Notes: generated by a model from the sequence alone, not told the origin. A stretch of DNA of 62,063 nucleotides, filler included, from Nemertoderma westbladi (GCA_032718475.1; 3 parts of 3 records of this genome joined end to end with filler, not necessarily neighbours in it); one strand, 5' to 3'. Shown: positions 11,402 through 24,889, counted from the first letter of the whole stretch. Numbers and translations: made by a program.

Positions 11402-11517
11402 ATGATAGCTAAGTTTGATCTGCTTGGGGAGTATAATTCTGCGGGGGACCGCACTGGAAATTGAGAATTTGTGCGAGATCCCCCGTATAATGGCCGAAGA
11501 AACTACTTTACTTTTAC
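11400..11517 (+). mobile_element. Diverged SINE 3' half
   Basis: gggggaccgcactggaaat...ggccgaagaaa...tttacttttac is homologous to 10830-10955. Confidence 0.7.
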
Positions 11518-13291
11518 AGTGAAAGTCATTGCGTTAGTACTGGTCAAATGAAAATTGTTTTTTTTTGTCAATAAAACTGCAACGAAATTTCTTATAACTT
11601 ACCAAATAATTCCTGTTTGAGAAATATTCTTTGAGTAACAACGAATTGATCACGGACAGGACGTTATATGAAGATAACAGTTTTGGGCTACCTTATTAAA
11701 CCCACAATGGAATGATGTGGGAAAAATTGTGGAGTCGTCATTGGTTTATTTTACAAATGAAGATCCGCCCACAACCACTGATTACCATCCTATTGGTGGA
11801 TCCACACAAAGAACATCGGAAGACGTCATTCAAATAGGTCTCATTCCTATGGGATTAAAAACTGTAGCTCTGTACTAAATGAATTAACGCTTTCATTAGT
11901 GCATACCGTAGGGAGAAGAGTAGAGAAAACGGTAAAAATCGAAGGGGATTTTGTTAAAGAATATGTGTTTAAAAAAAGAAGCACTCATTCCATTACAAAC
12001 TATAAAATATGAACATGTGTTATTCTCCTACTGCAGTAGGAGTGTTTGGGATCGATGATTGGGAGAAATAATGTGCAATAAATTATTCATTCCTACAATT
12101 ATTAATATCTAACCCAATATAAGGGTGTATCTGCCTCACCATCCCGTGAAGCACTTCTATTTGAATAAATGCAACTCTGTGTTCAAAACTAAGCACCAAT
12201 GAAATGTACGAAAACATGGACATCTATTTGTACAATCCAAGCATCTGTTGTGTACAAACCTATGTGTTCAAAATTGAATCTTGGCAGTTATAATGCCCCC
12301 CTGCAGTACAAATAACAGCTGGAAACTTTAGGTTCTTGAAGAATAGTTCTCGTTAACCGATAACTTGATTTTTGCACCATTGGACCTCCGTTCCACACTT
12401 TGAAATAGTTTTAATTGTAGTTTCGCAAGTATAATTACAATTTATCCTTGCCCATTTGCATGTGATTGGCGTTTCTCTTTTGCAATAGAACACACTGATG
12501 CCAACACCATCTCCGTGCTATAACTACACAACTACGTAAAGTTTGTTACCTTGGTCTGATTGGACAAGGTCCGAAACACTGCACAAATGTAACACCGGCT
12601 GTAAACCAATTATAGAAAACATGAACGAGCCAACATGAATTTTAATGCAAGGGAAGTTGTGGGAAAAACTGAGATGATAGGTTGTTCTCCCCCGCATACG
12701 AGGCATTGTGACTGGTCCATCCCAGATCCAAAAGAATCAATCACAACTCATAGGCCGTGTCGGTTTTTCCACCTTGGGAGATGAAACATTTTGGATCCAC
12801 CCTGACATTTAAACACACCACACTTGGATCCATCATTACATATCATTTTGATCGTCCAAGTCTCAAACAAATTTAAAATGCCTCTGAATTTCATTCTAAG
12901 CGATTACATTATGAGTATGTGTTTTCATTTATTAATTGTATATAAATTAGTGTTGAGTTCAGAATGTTTGCTATGTGGATGGCTGCAAAATAAATACACT
13001 GAGTACCAGTACCGTTATTCCAATTGCGGTCTTAACATTTAGAGTTGGATGGCCTCGGTCATTTGGAAAACATCCATATTATTTCAATAAATTTATATAG
13101 TCCCTTATAATTCAGTAAAATAAAACTATTTTGGTTTTGGAGTTCATATAAAAAAAAATAAAAAAAATAAATTGGCCTCATGGTCTTACCAAATACTAGT
13201 CTCCTATGAAGTCTCTTATATATATCTCACTAAACATGATTTGCAATAATGTCAGGACCAGCATAAGATTTGGAGAAACGTAACTAGTTTT

Positions 13292-16200
13292 GGGGTCGGC
13301 TAATTAACATCCTACTCTAGTTGAATCTGAGTTAGTTGTTAGCGGTTCGGGGTCGGCTAATTAACATCCTACTATAGTTGAATCTAAAGGCTGAGTTAGT
13401 TGTTAGCGGTTCGGGGTCGGCTAATTAACATCCTACTCTAGTTGAATCTAAAGGCTGAGTTAGTTGTTAGCGGTTCGGGGTCGGCTAATTAACATCCTAC
13501 TCTAGTTGAATCTAAAAGCTGAGTTAGTTGTTAGCGGTTCGGGGTCGGCTAATTAACATCCTACTCTAGTTGAATCTAAAGGCTGAGTTAGTTGTTAGCG
13601 GTTTGGGGTCGGCTAATTAACACCCTACTCTAGTTGAATCTAAAAGCTGAGTTAGTTGTTAGCGGTTAGGGGTCGGCTAATTAACATCCTACTCTAGTTG
13701 AATCTAAAGGCTGAGTTAGTTGTTAGCGGTTCGGGGTCGGCTAATTAACATCCTACTCTAGTTGAATCTAAAGGCTGAGTTAGTTGTTAGCGGTTCGGGG
13801 TCGGCTAATTAACATCCTACTCTAGTTGAATCTAAAGGCTGAGTTAGTTGTTAGCGGTTCGGGGTCGGCTAATTAACATCCTACTCTAGTTGAATCTAAA
13901 AGCTGAGTTAGTTGTTAGCGGTTCGGGGTCGGCTAATTAACATCCTACTCTAGTAGAATCTAAAAGCTGAGTTAGTTGTTAGCGGTTCGGGGTCGGCTAA
14001 TTAACATCCTACTCTAGTTGAATCTAAAAGCTGAGTTAGTTGTTAGCGGTTCGGGGTCGGCTAATTAACATCCTACTCTAGTTGAATCTAAAGGCTGAGT
14101 TAGTTGTTAGCGGTTCGGGGTCGGCTAATTAACATCCTACTCTAGTTGAATCTAAAGGCTGAGTTAGTTGTTAGCGGTTCGGGGTCGGCTAATTAACATC
14201 CTACTCTAGTTGAATCTAAAGGCTGAGTTAGTTGTTAGCGGTTCGGGGTCGGCTAATTAACATCCTACTCTAGTTGAATCTAAAAGCTGAGTTAGTTGTT
14301 AGCGGTTCGGGGTCGGCTAATTAACATCCTACTCTAGTAGAATCTAAAAGCTGAGTTAGTTGTTAGCGGTTCGGGGTCGGCTAATTAACATCCTACTCTA
14401 GTTGAATCTAAAAGCTGAGTTAGTTGTTAGCGGTTCGGGGTCGGCTAATTAACATCCTACTCTAGTTGAATCTAAAGGCTGAGTTAGTTGTTAGCGGTTC
14501 GGGGTCGGCTAATTAACATCCTACTCTAGTTGAATCTAAAGGCTGAGTTAGTTGTTAGCGGTTCGGGGTCGGCTAATTAACATCAAACTCTAGTTGAATC
14601 TAAAGGCTGAGTTAGTTGTTAGCGGTTCGGGGTCGGCTAATTAACATCAAACTCTAGTTGAATCTAAAGGCTGAGTTAGTTGTTAGTGGTTCGGGGTCGG
14701 CTAATTAACATCCTACTCTAGTTGAATCTAAAAGCTGAGTTAGTTGTTAGCGGTTCGGGGTCGGCTAATTAACATCCTACTCTAGTTGAATCTAAAGGCT
14801 GAGTTAGTTGTTAGGGGTTCGGGGTCGGCTAATTAACATCCTACTCTAGTTGAATCTAAAGGCTGAGTTAGTTGTTAGCGGTTCGGGGTCGGCTAATTAA
14901 CATCCTACTCTAGTTGAATCTAAAGGCTGAGTTAGTTGTTAGCGGTTCGGGGTCGGCTAATTAACATCAAACTCTAGTTGAATCTAAAGGCTGAGTTAGT
15001 TGTTAGCGGTTTGGGGTCGGCTAATTAACATCCTACTCTAGTTGAATCTAAAAGCTGAGATAGTTGTTAGCGGTTCGGGGTCGGCTAATTAACATCCTAC
15101 TCTAGTTGAATCTGAGTTAGTTGTTAGCGGTTCGGGGTCGGCTAATTAACATCCTACTCTAGTTGAATCTAAAAGCTGAGTTAGTTGTTAGCGGTTCGGG
15201 GTCGGCTAATTAACATCCTACTCTAGTTGAATCTAAAAGCTGAGTTAGTTGTTAGTGGTTCGGGGTCCGCTAATTAACATCCTACTCTAGTTGAATCTAA
15301 TTCTGAGTTAGTTGTTAGCGGTTCGGGGTCGGCTAATTAACATCCTACTCTAGTTGAATCTAAAGGCTGAGTTAGTTGTTAGCAGTTCGGGGTCGGCTAA
15401 TTAACATCAAACTCTAGTTGAATCTAAAGGCTGAGTTAGTTGTTAGCGGTTTGGGGTCGGCTAATTAACATCCTACTCTAGTTGAATCTAAAAGCTGAGT
15501 TAGTTGTTAGTGGTTCGGGGTCCGCTAATTAACATCCTACTCTAGTTGAATATAAAGGCTGAGTTAGTTGTTAGCGGTTCGGGGTCGGCTAATTAACATC
15601 TTACTCTAGTTGAATCTACTGGCTGAGTTAGTTGTTAGCGGTTCGGGGTCGGCTAATTAACATCCTACTCTAGTTGAATCTAAAGGCTGAGTTAGTTGTT
15701 AGCGGTTCGGGGTCGGCTAATTAACATCCTACTCTAGTTGAATCTAAAAGCTGAGTTAGTTGTTAGCGGTTCGGGGTCGGCTACTTAACAAACATCCTAC
15801 TCTAGTTGAATCTAAAGGCTGAGTTAGTTGTTAGCGGCTCGGGGTCGGCTAATTAACATCCTACTCTAGTTGAATCTAAATGCTGAGTTAGTTGTTAGCG
15901 GTTCGGGGTCGGCTAATTAACATCCTACTCTAGTTGAATCTAAAGGCTGAGTTAGTTGTTAGCGGTTCGGGGTCGGCTAATTAACATCCTACTCTAGTTG
16001 AATCTACTGGCTGAGTTAGTTGTTAGCGGTTCGGGGTCGGCTAATTAACATCCTACTCTAGTTGAATCTGAGTTAGTTGTTAGCGGTTCGGGGTCGGCTA
16101 ATTAACATCCTACTCTAGTTGAATCTAAAGGCTGAGTTAGTTGTTAGCGGTTCGGGGGTCGGCTAATTAACATCCTACTCTAGTTGAATCTAAAGGCTGA

Positions 16201-16603
16201 GTTAGTTGTTAGCGGTTCGGGGTCGGCTACTTAACATCCTACTCTAGTTGAATCTAAAGGCTGAGTTAGTTGTTAGCGGTTCGGGGTCGGCTAATTAACA
16301 TCCTACTCTAGTTGAATCTAAAGGCTGAGTTAGTTGTTAGCGGTTCGGGGTCGGCTAATTAACATCCTACTCTAGTTGAATCTAAAGGCTGAGTTAGTTG
16401 TTAGCGGTTCGGGGGTCGGCTAATTAACATCCTACTCTAGTTGAATCTAAAGGCTGAGTTAGTTGTTAGCGGTTCGGGGTCGGCTAATTAACATCCTACT
16501 CTAGTTGAATCTAAAGGCTGAGTTAGTTGTTAGCGGTTCGGGGTCGGCTAATTAACATCAAACTCTAGTTGAATCTAAAAGCTGAGTTAGTTGTTAGCGG
16601 TTC
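13292..16603. repeat. 64-bp satellite, ~52 copies
   Basis: Unit ggggtcggctaattaacatcctactctagttgaatctaaaggctgagttagttgttagcggttc; very homogeneous. Confidence 0.97.
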
Positions 16604-16761
16604 ATCTTAGCCATTGGTGAATCTGAGGCAAGTCACTAGACTAGCCTCAGTAAACACCCTAACACTTGGGTCCCCAATGCGACAAGGTGAGCTGACTGCC
16701 TTGGCAGATAAGCTTTCTCTTAGTGCAGTGGGTGTTCAAGAGCACCGAATGCAGACTGGAC

Positions 16762-19166
16762 CATAGCCTCGTTTAACTTTGCCACTAGGCGGCACAAGTG
16801 CCGCCCAGTTGAATCAATTTGCCGCCCAGTCACAGCCAGAGTGCCTTCCTAATATATTATATCTGGACTAGCCTCAGCCAGCGACCAATCTAATATGTAT
16901 CAATCCCAGTAAAGTACCTAAATAAACTTCTAAAGGAATAAGTGATTGACAGCACAGAGACTTCAATGGGTGATAGCCATAGTACAGTAGTAGTAGTAGT
17001 AGTGGAGGGATGAGTCAGTGTCCAACCCAATGCGACCTTTACTAATGTTAGTAAAGGTCGCGCCTTTGGTCCAATCATTGTGTAGATGTCTATAGATTCC
17101 TGATAGGCTTACTGCAGTTAATTGGTGCCTCAGATGGATATTGGATAGTTCCAACTTCCAAGGCTGCTTGCTATCACCATACTTACCTGTCTGGCACCTT
17201 TAACCCCCTACCCCTGTTAAGAGTAGTCAGTTTTCAGTATATGTTACTATTAGTATTCAGGAGAGATTTAGAAGTTTATAAGTCATTATAAACTACCCCG
17301 AGACGGCAGGGCTTACATTGCATCATTGCTTTATTATGTAATAAATTGGTTTTGAAAATTAAGTGTTTAACTACTTAATTGGGGTTCGTCTATGTACATT
17401 TATTAATAATTTGATATAATTATAATAATACTATTATTATTTTATTAATAATAATTTATTAAGTTTTAATAATGATTTTTATGATACTGTATATTTATTT
17501 ATTTATTTATGATACTGATATTATTTTTCTTATAAATTTAATTATATTATTTTTAATAAGTATATTTAGGCCCATGTGAAGAATACTTTCTGCCGTTATA
17601 TTTCACTTTGCAGTTACCCCCATGTGAAGAATATCAGGTTTTCACAAAAAAACACAGGTTACAGACGGGTTGAATCTAACCAAAACAATAAACGAATTAG
17701 TATATGTACAGCTTATAAGACAGAAATTAGCGCTATAAAACACTTAATAAAGATAAATTAAAAAAAATAAAAAATCTTCATATATAAAATTCCAATAAAA
17801 AGTCGACCGAAAAGTGAAATCCTGGAATTCTTCACATGGGCGAGTATATTTTGGCCGACAATAATTTAATTATTTATTAAAGAAATAATTATTATTAAGA
17901 TTAAATTCAAGTCTTATAATCTAGCACTTTTACAGCTTTATATAGACAGGGGAAGTGGACGCAAATCCCATCTTGGCGAAATAATATCCCGCCTCAGTTA
18001 AATTATCAATTTAGGGAAAGGAGCAGGTTACAGTGGCATGTTATTTTAACCAAAACAATAAACTAAACAAAACAGTTTACAGTTTTATTTTTGAGAGTAA
18101 TCAGCTGTTATTTGCGTCGAATTTCCCCTGGAGAGGGATGAATTTTTATTGCATCTACCCCCTATCTGGCTTTATAATATTACAATTTCCGGCTCAAATA
18201 AATTTGGTGCATACTACAGGTACCTCCTATTTTCTACACATTAATAACCTTACTACCGATTTTAATCTCCCGATCCTTAATACCGATTTTTTTTTCATTT
18301 CATCTAGAGCAACATTTCATCAGAATTCCAAATCTGAAGTCTGTTTGTTCATAGCTTGTTCCGTTATCGAAATATCGTTTATTGTTTTGGTTAGAAAAGC
18401 CGGCAGCCTCTGTAATCTGCTCCTTTCCTTCAAATGGTATCAGACACTTATTTTCAATAATTTTGCAATTTAATGAAAACAAGTTACTTTATTTCACTAA
18501 TAAATTTGTAAAACTTTTAGAGAGAAAGCAGTTTTTTCAAATAGTATATAATTATTAAATTTTATTTCTTACCTTATAGATAATTAATTAATTTTTGATT
18601 GGGCTGTGTATGGCATTTTCTCACCTATTAAATATAAATTGTAAATGTAATACAGTATGTACATGTAATTGAATTAATGTATATTTAATGTTACATCTAT
18701 TATATTGAAATATAAATGGCTATATTTTATGATGCAATAAATTGAATTATTATTGGTTTCATTTAATTTTTAGTGTAATGTAATCTAATGTTATTATTTT
18801 CTTTCTAGCTGGCCTTATTGTTAAAAATATTCGGAAATAATTGTATAATTATTAATTTTGTTCTCAAACCTGTTTTAACCACCTCTGAATTTCCGGTATA
18901 GGTGCCACATTTTCTATTATAATTTAATATTTATGTAAAATAATTAATGATTTAATTAAGTTTTGTAAAATTAGTTGTTGCTTCTTATAGAAATTATATC
19001 CATTATTGTCAATAAACAATATATTACAGTATGCTTAATAGTTTTTCGTTCACACACATTAAAAATGTGTATCAAATTCACCCCCCCCCCCCCCCCCCCC
19101 CACTCATACAATTTGCCATGGCGAGTGACTGTGCCGCCCAGTAAAAAATTCTTAAAAGAGGCTATG
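16762..19166. mobile_element. Non-autonomous hAT-like DNA transposon (2.4 kb)
   Basis: TIR catagcctcgtttaa / ttaaaagaggctatg (15 bp, one mismatch); perfect 8-bp TSD gactggac at 16754-16761 and 19167-19174; no transposase ORF. Confidence 0.85.
17569..17842. mobile_element. MITE nested inside the hAT-like element
   Basis: TIR gcccatgtgaagaat / attcttcacatgggc; flanking agtatattt repeated at 17559-17567 and 17843-17851. Confidence 0.75.
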
Positions 19167-20154
19167 GACTGGACAGACTGATGAGGTTCTGATTAAGGAC
19201 ATGGGGGGCGGTTGGCGACTCGCCCTCTCTTCAGCAGATGATAGTGGCAATGGTGGAATTGGTCTATTGATGAATCCAACTGCACATGCAGCATTGGACA
19301 AAATAGACCAAATCTCTAACCGCATCATTCGTTGCCACTTCTCATGTTCTGGAAGACTGGCTAAGAAGTTTCCTAAGGTGGTTCTGATAGTGTGCTACTC
19401 TCCAACTAGTGTTGCCCCTGTAGAGGAGGTGGAAAATTTCTACCAGAATCTACAAGCAGCTACTGATGGAGTGGATCAGCATGCATTCTTAACATTCCTG
19501 GGAGACTTTAATGCAAGTCTGCATCAATCACCTACATCGCCCTGGGTCTATAGCAATAGTGTTAACCGAAATTCCGTCCATCTTCGGGATTTTATCTCTG
19601 GAAATGGATTGTTTTCGGCTGGAACCCAGTTCAAGAAGCGAACTGGAAAGCTATGGACTCATAGTGGACCCAGTGGTCACAAGTCCCAGATAGACCATAT
19701 CCTGTTTCGTAGGAAATACAGGAGCTCTATACAAGACTGTAATGCATTTACACTACGACCCTTCTCCAGTTATCACCGCCTTATTGTGGCCAAGGTAAGA
19801 CTTTGTCTGCGTGCTAGCAGAACAACGAAATCTGCCTTGCCACGGCATGACTGGTCCTCTTCGACCAGCTTCACACTACAGCTGAGCAACAGGTATGAGG
19901 CTCTTGCCTCTGAGGCGGCAGATCACTGTGAGGGCTATACTACCTTCACAGAGGCAGTTAAGTTAGCAGCTGCAGAAACAGTTCCTGTATACCCTCGAAA
20001 CAGGAAACGGGCCCCCTGGACTGACAACAACATTCAGAAGTGCCGAAATGACCTCTACAAGGCGCAGAAAGAGTCCCGACTCAAACAGACTACAGCGGCC
20101 AATGATGTAAGGCCAGTAATGTAACAATGTAAGGTCGCCAATTGTTGCGGCCAC

Positions 20155-20395
20155 TCCCGCCAACACCGTGACCACCGCCACCAATCCTGTGACCACCACG
20201 ACTAACCTTGTGACTACTGCCGCCAGCGTGACCACTGTCACCAACTCTGTGACCACTGCCGCCAACTCAGTGACGATTGCAACCAACACCGTGACCACTG
20301 CCGCCAACCCTGTGACCACCACGACCAACCCTGTGACCACTGCCACCACCACCGTGACAATCACCACCAACCTTGTGACCACCACCACCATGACT
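20155..20395. repeat. Degenerate ~21-bp ACC-rich minisatellite
   Basis: Recurring gtgaccactgccgccaac(c/t)ct-type units. Confidence 0.8.
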
Positions 20396-20437
20396 GTAGC
20401 AAAACACCCATTTTATAGCCAAAAAACAATTACCTAT

Positions 20438-20790
20438 TGAGGGAAAGGAGCTGGTTAAAAAGGCAGGTTTTCAAACCAAAACAAAAAATATCACTTTTCC
20501 AATGAGGGAAAGGAGCGGTAACAAAGACTTCTAACCAAAACAATAAACAATTGCATCACAAATTAAGGGAAAGGATCACGCCGGCCGGCTTTTTCAACCA
20601 AAATAATAAACGGTATCTTTACAAAATGGGGGAAAGGAGCAGGTTACAGAGGCGTGATTTTCTAAACCAAACAATAAAACAAACAAAACAATAAACGATC
20701 ACTTTAACAATTAAGAGAAAGAGGTTACAGAGGCGGGTTTTTCTAACCAAGACAATAAACGATCATTTAAAATTGATGGAAAGGAGCACT
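20438..20790 (+). repeat. Tandem ~60-bp subrepeats of a dispersed repeat family
   Basis: gggaaaggagc...aaccaaaacaataaac units; relatives at ~17945-18170, ~18370-18435 (inverted), ~28930-29050 and ~44130-44330. Confidence 0.7.
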
Positions 20791-21101
20791 CTACGGCGGC
20801 AACCTTTTGTATATTTGTATATATCCTTTAGTGGGTCTCTTTCATCCGGTCTGTTTGGCTTAATTATTATCTACATATTTTCGCTATCTGTAACTATCAT
20901 TGGGAAAAGAGTCGTTTTATTGACCACAAATGAGTTTGTGGACTTGTTCTGTTGGAACTAGTGGTGCGGCTTTCCGTAATAGTACACAGACGTTATCCAT
21001 TATAAACTATGATAAATGTATTGTATACCAAGTTTGGCCTATCAATTATTTAAAATAACTAACTAAGTATGGTAACTATTTAAAATGTAGGCTACAGTAT
21101 C

Positions 21102-24100
21102 GATAATGGTGAAAAATATCGAGACTTGAAAAATATCAAGAGTAAAAATAACGAGAGTAAAAATATCGAGAGTAAAAATAACGAGAGTAAAAATATCGAG
21201 AGTAAAATATCGAGAGTAAAAATATCGAGAGTAACAATATCGAGTGTTGAAAAATATCGAGAGTAAACATATCGAGAGTAAAAATATCGAGAGTAAAAAT
21301 ATTGAGAGTCAAAATATCGAGAGTAAAAATATCGAGAGTAAAAATATCGAGAGTAAAAATATCGAGTGTTGAAAAATATAGAGTGTAAAATATCGAGAGT
21401 AAAAATATCGATAGTAACAATATCGAGTGTTGAAAAATATAGAGTGTAAAATATCGAGAGTAAAAATATCGAGAGTAACAATATCGAGTGTTGAAAAATA
21501 TCGAGAGTAAACATATCGAGAGTAAACATATCGAGATTAAAAATATCGAGAGTAAAAATATCGAGAGTAAAAATAACGAGAGTAAAAATATCGAGTGTTG
21601 AAAAATATAGAGTGTAAAATATCGAGAGTAAAAATATCGAGAGTAACAATATCGAGTGTTGAAAAATATAGAGTGTAAAATATCGAGAGTAAAAATATCG
21701 AGAGTAACAATATCGAGTGTTGAAAAATATCGAGAGTAAAAATATTGAGTGTTGAAAAATATCGAGAGTAAAAATATCGAGAGTAAAAATATCGAGAGTA
21801 AAAATATCGAGAGTGAAAATATCGCGAGATGAAAAATATCGAAAATAACGAATGTTGAAAAATATCGAGAGTAAAAATATTGAGTGTTGAAAAATATCGA
21901 GAGTAAAAATATCGAGAGTAAAAATATCGAGAGTAAAAATATCGAGTGTTGAAAAATATCGAGAGTAAAAATATCGAGAGTAAAAATATCGAGAGTAAAA
22001 ATATCGAGTGTTGAAAAATATAGAGTGTAAAATATCGAGAGTAAAAATATCGAGAGTAACAATATCGAGTGTTGAAAAATATCGAGAGTAACAATATCGA
22101 GTGTTGAAAAATATAGAGTGTAAAATATCGAGAGTAAAAATATCGAGAGTAACAATATCGAGTGTTGAAAAATATCGAGAGTAAAAATATCGAGAGTAAA
22201 AATATCGAGAGTAAAAATATCGAGTGTTGAAAAATATCGAGAGTAAAAATATCGAGTGTTGAAAAATATAGAGTGTAAAATATCGAGAGTAAAAATATCG
22301 AGAGTAACAATATCGAGTGTTGAAAAATATAGAGTGTAAAATATGGAGAGTAAAAATATCGAGAGTAACAATATCGAGTGTGTTAAAAAATATCGAGAGT
22401 AAAAATATTGAGTGTTGAAAAATATCGAGAGTAAAAATATCGAGAGTAAAAATATTGAGTGTTGAAAAATATAGAGTGTAAAATATCGAGAGTAAAAATA
22501 TCGAGAGTAAAAATATCGAGTGTTGAAAAATATCGAGAGTAAAAATATTGAGTGTTGAAAAATATCGAGAGTAAAAATATCGAGAGTAAAAATATCGAGA
22601 GTAAAAATATCGAGAGTAAAAATATCGAGAGTAAAAATATCGAGAGTAAAAATATCGAGTGTTGAAAAATATAGAGTGTAAAATATCGAGAGTAAAAATA
22701 TCGAGAGTAACAATATCGAGTGTTGAAAAATATAGAGTGTAAAATATGGAGAGTAAAAATATCGAGAGTAACAATATCGAGTGTGTTAAAAAATATCGAG
22801 AGTAAAAATATTGAGTGTTGAAAAATATCGAGAGTAAAAATATCGAGAGTAAAAATATTGAGTGTTGAAAAATATAGAGTGTAAAATATCGAGAGTAAAA
22901 ATATCGAGAGTAAAAATATCGAGTGTTGAAAAATATCGAGAGTAAAAATATTGAGTGTTGAAAAATATCGAGAGTAAAAATATCGAGAGTAAAAATATCG
23001 AGAGTAAAAATATCGAGAGTAAAAATATCGAGAGTAAAAATATCGAGAGTAAAAATATCGAGTGTTGAAAAATATAGAGTGTAAAATATCGAGAGTAAAA
23101 ATATCGAGAGTAACAATATCGAGTGTTGAAAAATATCGAGTGTAAAAATATCTTGTTGTGAAAAATATCTAGAGTAAAAATATCGAGTCTTGAAAAATAT
23201 CGAGAGTAACAATATCGATTGTTGAAAAATATCGAGAGTAAAAATATCTTGTTGTGAAAAATATTGAGAGTAAAAATATCGAGTCTTGAAAAATATCAAG
23301 AGTAAAAATATCTTGTTGTGAAAAATATCGAGAGTAAAAATATCGAGTCTTGAAAAATATCGAGAGTAAAAATATCGAGTGTTGAAAAATATCGAGAGTA
23401 AAAATATCGAGAGTAAAAATATCGAGAGTAAAAATATCGAGAGTAAAAATATTGAGCTTAAAAATATCGAGTGTTGAAAAATATAGAGTGTAAAATATCG
23501 AGAGTAAAAATATCGAGAGTAAAAATATCGAGTGTTGAAAAATATAGAGTGTAAAATATCGAGAGTAAAAATATCGAGAGTAAAAATATCGAGTGTTGAA
23601 AAATATCGAGTGTTGAAAAATATCGAGTATTGAAAAATATCGAGAGGAAAAATATTGCATTTTCCGTGAGCATTTTATTTAGAATTATGGGACAATATTG
23701 TAGTAGTGAATGGGTTTCAACCGTGCAAGTTCAAATAAATGGCATTAATACAACTTGGGTTCGCATTTACCAGATTTATTATACTAGCTAGATTTTGCTA
23801 TTTTTTTAATAAATATTATAGAGGATGTGCTAGCCAAAAATTTTGAAAAATTTTTTGTGTTTTAGATCACATTTTTAATTTTTGATACCAGCAAGTATCA
23901 AGTATTTTCTAATATAAATGTTATAGAACAGGTGTAAGCTACCAATTTTGATAAATATTTTTGTTCTAGAACACATTTTTTTGTTCTAGAACATTTTTAG
24001 GAAAAAAATTATCATACAACCCTTATTAAAAAAATTATTACTTTCGATATTTTTACTCTCGATATTTTACACTCTATATTTTTCAATACTCGATATTTTT

Positions 24101-24305
24101 ACTCTCGATATTTTTCAATACTCGATATTTTTCAACACTCGATATTTTTCAACACTCGATACTTTTCAACATTCGATATTTTTACTCTCGATATTTTTCA
24201 ACACTCGATATTTTTACTCTCGATATTTTTACTCTCAATATTTTTACTCTCGATATTTTTGAAACTCGCGATATTTTTCATGTCTCGATATTTTTCAATA
24301 TAACC
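21102..24305. mobile_element. Foldback/MULE-like non-autonomous element with asymmetric 15-bp repeat arms
   Basis: Left arm 21110-23655 of (aaaaatatcgagagt)n; inverted right arm 24045-24300; matching termini; TSD acagtatc(g) at 21094 and 24306. Confidence 0.8.
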
Positions 24306-24889
24306 ACAGTATCGGTAGGCCTACTAAAGTTCTGAAGTTAGTTAATTAATTACCATAATTCTGACATTTACAATCTAATGTAGTATAATGCAGTACTGTA
24401 TAATTCTTTCTAAGGGATAGGCTTTCCCACAATACAGCAATGACACTCAGCAACTTATTGATACCGGTACTTATAGACTAAGAGAACAGCATTAGAGGTA
24501 CCTGTAGCATGAATCCTAATCGTAAATTTCCGGCGGACATAAAAAGTCAATGTCAAAAAAGTCAAAAAAATGTTCAAGAACATGAAATATTTGTTCTAGA
24601 ACATATTTTTTTTATAAAAATGAACAGCTAACATGTTCTGGAACATTTTCTATACGAATAGTAATAAGAACTAGCTACTACAAAATATTTATAGAAGAAA
24701 GTACTGTACGATGTTGGAACCAGTGTAAAATTACTAGCTAAACCTAATCTATAGGTTTATTTATAAAGCTAAACCAAATATATCGTCACCATGTAAGAAT
24801 ACAAGGTTTTCACTTTTAGGTCGAATTTTATTGAAATTTTATATTTATAGATTTTGTATTTCTTAAATTTATCCTTTTTAAGTTTTTAA

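Larger units (their letters stand above)
16610..20120 (+). mobile_element. RTE-like LINE AP-endonuclease region split by a DNA transposon (16610-16761 joined to 19175-20120)
   Basis: ...VGVQEHRMQTG continues as QTDEVLIKDMGGGW...GIGLL...CYSPT...LGDFNA...SQIDHIL, the standard APE motifs. Confidence 0.85.

Noticed and set aside
12115-12300. YLPHHPV motif suggesting a BEL/Pao retrotransposon
   Set aside because: The expected downstream RVVFDAS and RT motifs are absent and the frame has stops.
13292-16603. CRISPR-like array (also considered for 11122-11401 and 39985-44060)
   Set aside because: Head-to-tail units with no unique spacers, no cas genes, eukaryotic context.
19963-20440. Mucin-like Thr-rich and Val-rich ORFs
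   Set aside because: Minisatellite next to a LINE fragment; no splice or start context found.
21092-23673. Long ORFs (735, 525, 257, 163 aa) of LDIFT/SRYFY/LLSIF repeats
   Set aside because: Stop-free translation of a 15-bp DNA repeat, open in all three minus frames; not a gene.
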